The notes beneath the pieces are model-generated. The model worked only from the letters and a program-made list of their open reading frames with translations. It ran no database searches and was not told the DNA's origin. Shown here piece by piece: positions 24,875-27,835 of a stretch of DNA of 27,835 nt. Each line of letters starts with the position of its first letter. Positions within the stretch are counted from its first letter, which is position 1. The DNA is from a virus (lineage: Duplodnaviria > Caudoviricetes), in the IMG/VR virus record IMGVR_UViG_3300044513_004080, positions 1 through 27,835 of that record; one strand, given 5' to 3'. The position numbers and the translations under genes are program-made.

Positions 24875-26266
24875 TCACATGAGGTTTGCAACCTTGACTC
24901 TTCTGTAGTAAACGTTTGAGTTTCTTTCCAGAACGCCTGGGTTTGAGAGTGAACCACCCTTTGCGAATGGGTTGGCAACAATACCATAACGGGTCTTGAA
25001 GCCAATTTTTGGTTGGAAGGTGTTCTCACCAACGGCACGAACCATTTGGAGAGGAACGTATGGGCAATAGAACAGACCTGCGTCATAAGGTGAAGAACCC
25101 TTATAACCAGCAACGTAGTACTGGTTAGCACTGTTGTTTGCAGCATAAGGATCGATGTATACACGATACTTACCAGCAAGAACACCAGCGAAGGTGTTAC
25201 CAGTGTCATCAACGTTGAGGTTAGCGTTGAGCGCAGGGGTGTAATCCAGTACGCCTGCCATGGTGAGTGCGGAAGCAACATCAGCGGAGCAAAGGATCAT
25301 GTTGCCCTTTCCTCTACGAGTGCGCTGTGCAATCTGGTTGGCGTCTCTTTCGATCTGGAAGATCAGACCCTTGAACTTCTCAACACTCCAGCGTCCGTTG
25401 GAATCAACATCGAGGTCGAAGGTTCCAGGATTTGCGGTATTGAGGGTTGCGCCAGTTTCAGCAACGTTATAGATGGTTCTGATGACTTCGCGGTTGATTT
25501 CAGCAAGGATCTCGCTAGAAAGAATATTAGCGAGTTCTGCTTCTGCATTCAGACCGTGAATTGCCTTCAGATCCTGAGCAAGCTCAAGGCTGTATTCTGC
25601 CTTCAGTGCTCTTGACTTAGCGGTAACGGTGACCTTCTCGATCGAGAATGCCATCTCGTTGAAGTGCTGAGATGCGCCAAGTGCCTCAGACTCATCAGTT
25701 CTCATGCCCTGACCTACGTTATAAGTAGTGCCAGTTGCCGAACCGATTGGATTGAGAAGACCAGGATTGGTGCCAGACTGAGCAGTAGTACCAAGACCAA
25801 CTGCACCGTCAACCCAACCATTGGCGTTGTCGAATCCGGTGTCCTGACCAGAGAATGCAGTATCTACTTCATCGTAGAATGCTTCTGCACCATTCTGGTT
25901 GGTGTAGCGTGAACGCATTGCGAAGATAAGTCCAGTAGGACCATTCATTGGTTGAACGCCAGCGAGGTCATAAGCGACCAGGTTTGGCATTGAGCGTCTG
26001 ATCAGGGAGATCAGAACTGGGTCGAAACCTGCAACAGGTGAAGCACCAGCGCCAGAGAAACCAGCGTTGCCAGTTCCAGATGGATCGGTGTTTACGGTTG
26101 GGGTCTCATAGAGAAACTCGCGCTCTTCACGGAGTGCTCTCTCTTGGTTCTCCAGGAGAACTGCGGTAACCATTCTACGGTGTGAATCAGAAATAGGAGC
26201 GGATCCTTCTGCATCCAGTAGTGGTGCCCACTTCTCCTGCAGGTGTTCGGCATTGAACGCTTGCAT
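24875..26266 (-). CDS. gp23: major capsid protein (gp23)
   Basis: LQEKWAPLL, FDPVLISLIRR, GVQPMNGPTGLIFAMRSRY, SRALKAEYSLELAQDLKAIHGL and FQPKIGFKTRYG. Confidence 0.99.
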   Translation of the reverse strand: MQAFNAEHLQEKWAPLLDAEGSAPISDSHRRMVTAVLLENQERALREEREFLYETPTVNTDPSGTGNAGFSGAGASPVAGFDPVLISLIRRSMPNLVAYDLAGVQPMNGPTGLIFAMRSRYTNQNGAEAFYDEVDTAFSGQDTGFDNANGWVDGAVGLGTTAQSGTNPGLLNPIGSATGTTYNVGQGMRTDESEALGASQHFNEMAFSIEKVTVTAKSRALKAEYSLELAQDLKAIHGLNAEAELANILSSEILAEINREVIRTIYNVAETGATLNTANPGTFDLDVDSNGRWSVEKFKGLIFQIERDANQIAQRTRRGKGNMILCSADVASALTMAGVLDYTPALNANLNVDDTGNTFAGVLAGKYRVYIDPYAANNSANQYYVAGYKGSSPYDAGLFYCPYVPLQMVRAVGENTFQPKIGFKTRYGIVANPFAKGGSLSNPGVLERNSNVYYRRVKVANLM

Positions 26267-26316
26267 TTGAATTTACCTCTTTAAAAATTTGAAAAGTTTG
26301 ATCTATAGTCTAAAAA

Positions 26317-27411
26317 TCACTTTTTGGAAACTCTATTCAGAGTTGTCAGATAAGATTCCATCAAACCAGAAACTGATTTGGTTGAAATTTCAGTCGACTC
26401 TGAGATGTTCTCTGAATCGTCTCTCTGAGCGCCAGTATTCTCTTTGAAATATGAATTTCTCAGAGTTACAAGCTTCTCACGATAGCTCTCTTCACCATCA
26501 AACTCAACATTTTCTGCAAGAGAAGCGAGCTTGTCTTTCTGGGAAAGTGCAAGACCTTCAGCAACTTCCGCAAAAATTACGTCAGCAACTGATTCTGCTA
26601 ATCTCTTATTTAGAGCAACATTTCTTTGAATTTGCTCGTTGAGTTTAGACTCCATTTCATCTAGTTTATCTACCATGCTCTCAAGCACATCATATCTATC
26701 TTCAGGGATTGTTACATAATGATCTTCAAAAAGACTCTTCATTCCTTGGAGGAATGATTCTGTCATTTCGGTCTTAAGACCGTGCTCAATAGCGAGTTGA
26801 TTTTCAGAAACCCACTCGTCGGCAACATACTCAAGGTATGCATCGACACGCTCGGTGAGTTCGGTACGAATTGCAGTAACTTCTTCTTCGAGAGTTGAAG
26901 CATATGCTACTTCTAACTCTTCCTTAACTTCTGCAACTTTTGCCTTGATAGCAGTTTCAAAAATGGTACGTGCCTTCTCTTGGAATTCCTCGGAAAGATC
27001 TTCACCAGCAATAAGAGCATTGATGTCTTCTTCAACATCATATGTCTCTTCTTCGGCAACTACCTCTTCGATTTCTTCTACTACCTCTTCTTCGGTAGTT
27101 TCCTCTTCTGCAACGATCTCTTGGTCGTCTCCGACTTCGATCTCTTCTTCTTCCTTAACTTTAGCAGGCATTGCATCCGCAGGCTTAGCGCCTTTGTTTA
27201 CAACGTCCTTAACTTGCTTAAGGGTTGCTGAAGGTTCTTTTAGTTTTGCCGAATCATCGTCGGACTTATAATTTTCTGGAGTTGGACCACCGAGATCTTC
27301 AATAGCACCGAGTTGGGTACCTGGATCTGCCAGTTTTGGCATTGGATCTGCGGACTTTGCTCCTTTGGTTACTACGTTTTCCATTTCTTGTAAATTGCTA
27401 CCAACGGACAT
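26317..27411 (-). CDS. gp22: prohead core scaffold protein (gp22)
   Basis: Acidic coiled-coil protein with LSEEFQEKARTIFETA and VDAYLEYVADEW; lies between gp21 and gp23. Confidence 0.95.
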   Translation of the reverse strand: MSVGSNLQEMENVVTKGAKSADPMPKLADPGTQLGAIEDLGGPTPENYKSDDDSAKLKEPSATLKQVKDVVNKGAKPADAMPAKVKEEEEIEVGDDQEIVAEEETTEEEVVEEIEEVVAEEETYDVEEDINALIAGEDLSEEFQEKARTIFETAIKAKVAEVKEELEVAYASTLEEEVTAIRTELTERVDAYLEYVADEWVSENQLAIEHGLKTEMTESFLQGMKSLFEDHYVTIPEDRYDVLESMVDKLDEMESKLNEQIQRNVALNKRLAESVADVIFAEVAEGLALSQKDKLASLAENVEFDGEESYREKLVTLRNSYFKENTGAQRDDSENISESTEISTKSVSGLMESYLTTLNRVSKK

Positions 27412-27442
27412 TTGATTTATAGATTTTGTATTAATCTATATT

Positions 27443-27450
27443 TATTTATA
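27443..27450 (-). promoter_or_regulatory. T4-type late promoter for gp22-gp23
   Basis: Exact TATAAATA just after the gp21 stop. Confidence 0.85.
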
Positions 27451-27452
27451 AT

Positions 27453-27835
27453 TTAAAGATTTGAGAGGAATTCGTTGAATAAGTTCAACTTATGCTCTTC
27501 AAGTCTTCTTTGGTCGACGAGAGTATTAATTCTCTTTTTGGTTTGTTCTGCGAGTTTTTCACGAAGAATCCCTCCTTCCCAAACCCACTCTTTTCCTTCC
27601 ATGATTCCTGAAACAAAAGCATCAGGTGCGGATGGGTCAGCGACGATGTCTGCTGCGGTCGCAAGCATGAAATCTTCACCAACAACTTTGATACCATTGC
27701 GATCTTCTCTTAATGAACCAATACCACGAGAAGAAACACCAAGCATTACACCTTCATCAAGAAGTGAAGATGCAATCTTGCCCATAGGTGTATTGAGGAT
27801 TTGTGCTTTACCTCTAAAATTATTTCCCTCTTGAG
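27453..27835 (-). CDS. gp21: prohead protease (gp21), C-terminal part
   Basis: GKAQILNTPMGKIA, LGVSSRGIGSL and DIVADPSAPDAFV; the frame is open to the window edge. Confidence 0.97.
   Translation of the reverse strand, partial: QEGNNFRGKAQILNTPMGKIASSLLDEGVMLGVSSRGIGSLREDRNGIKVVGEDFMLATAADIVADPSAPDAFVSGIMEGKEWVWEGGILREKLAEQTKKRINTLVDQRRLEEHKLNLFNEFLSNL

Noticed and set aside
24781-25281. 166-aa alternative-frame ORF over the gp23 3' end, considered as a frameshifted capsid extension
   Set aside because: It crosses a strong terminator, is not in frame with the glycosyltransferase, shows no obvious slippery site, and has the composition of a shadow frame.
27040-27155. CTT-rich repetitive DNA
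   Set aside because: Explained by the Glu-rich tract of gp22.
1-27835. tRNA, rRNA, CRISPR array, intron or integrase
   Set aside because: Intergenic gaps are all short (about 110 nt or less) and contain no cloverleaf or repeat-spacer pattern that I could see; no core gene is interrupted.

Overview
This window is a segment of a T4-like marine cyanomyophage genome (Kyanoviridae-like), with essentially all genes on the minus strand. In transcription order (right to left) it holds: head genes gp21 (partial), gp22 and gp23; an AT-rich two-gene insert (exostosin/GT47-like glycosyltransferase and S8 subtilase); gp3, uvsY, uvsW, gp55, gp47 and gp46; small hypotheticals and a glutaredoxin-like gene; a vWA/metallopeptidase and CobS-type AAA ATPase pair; a DUF3310-like gene, gp45, speD, a pyrimidine-dimer glycosylase, a 2OG-Fe(II) oxygenase, gp44, an HNH-AP2 homing endonuclease, a Dam-like methylase, gp62, regA and hsp20; an apparently permuted ureohydrolase-fold gene; then gp43 and uvsX (partial). 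The most notable items are the glycosyltransferase/protease cassette behind the capsid gene, the metallohydrolase abutting the polymerase, and several regulatory structures: a ROSE-like thermometer before hsp20, a candidate late sRNA after hsp20, an antisense promoter before gp55, an RBS-sequestering hairpin before uvsW, and a shared palindrome-hairpin promoter before the AAA and vWA genes. All assignments come from motif recognition by eye; no database searches were run.
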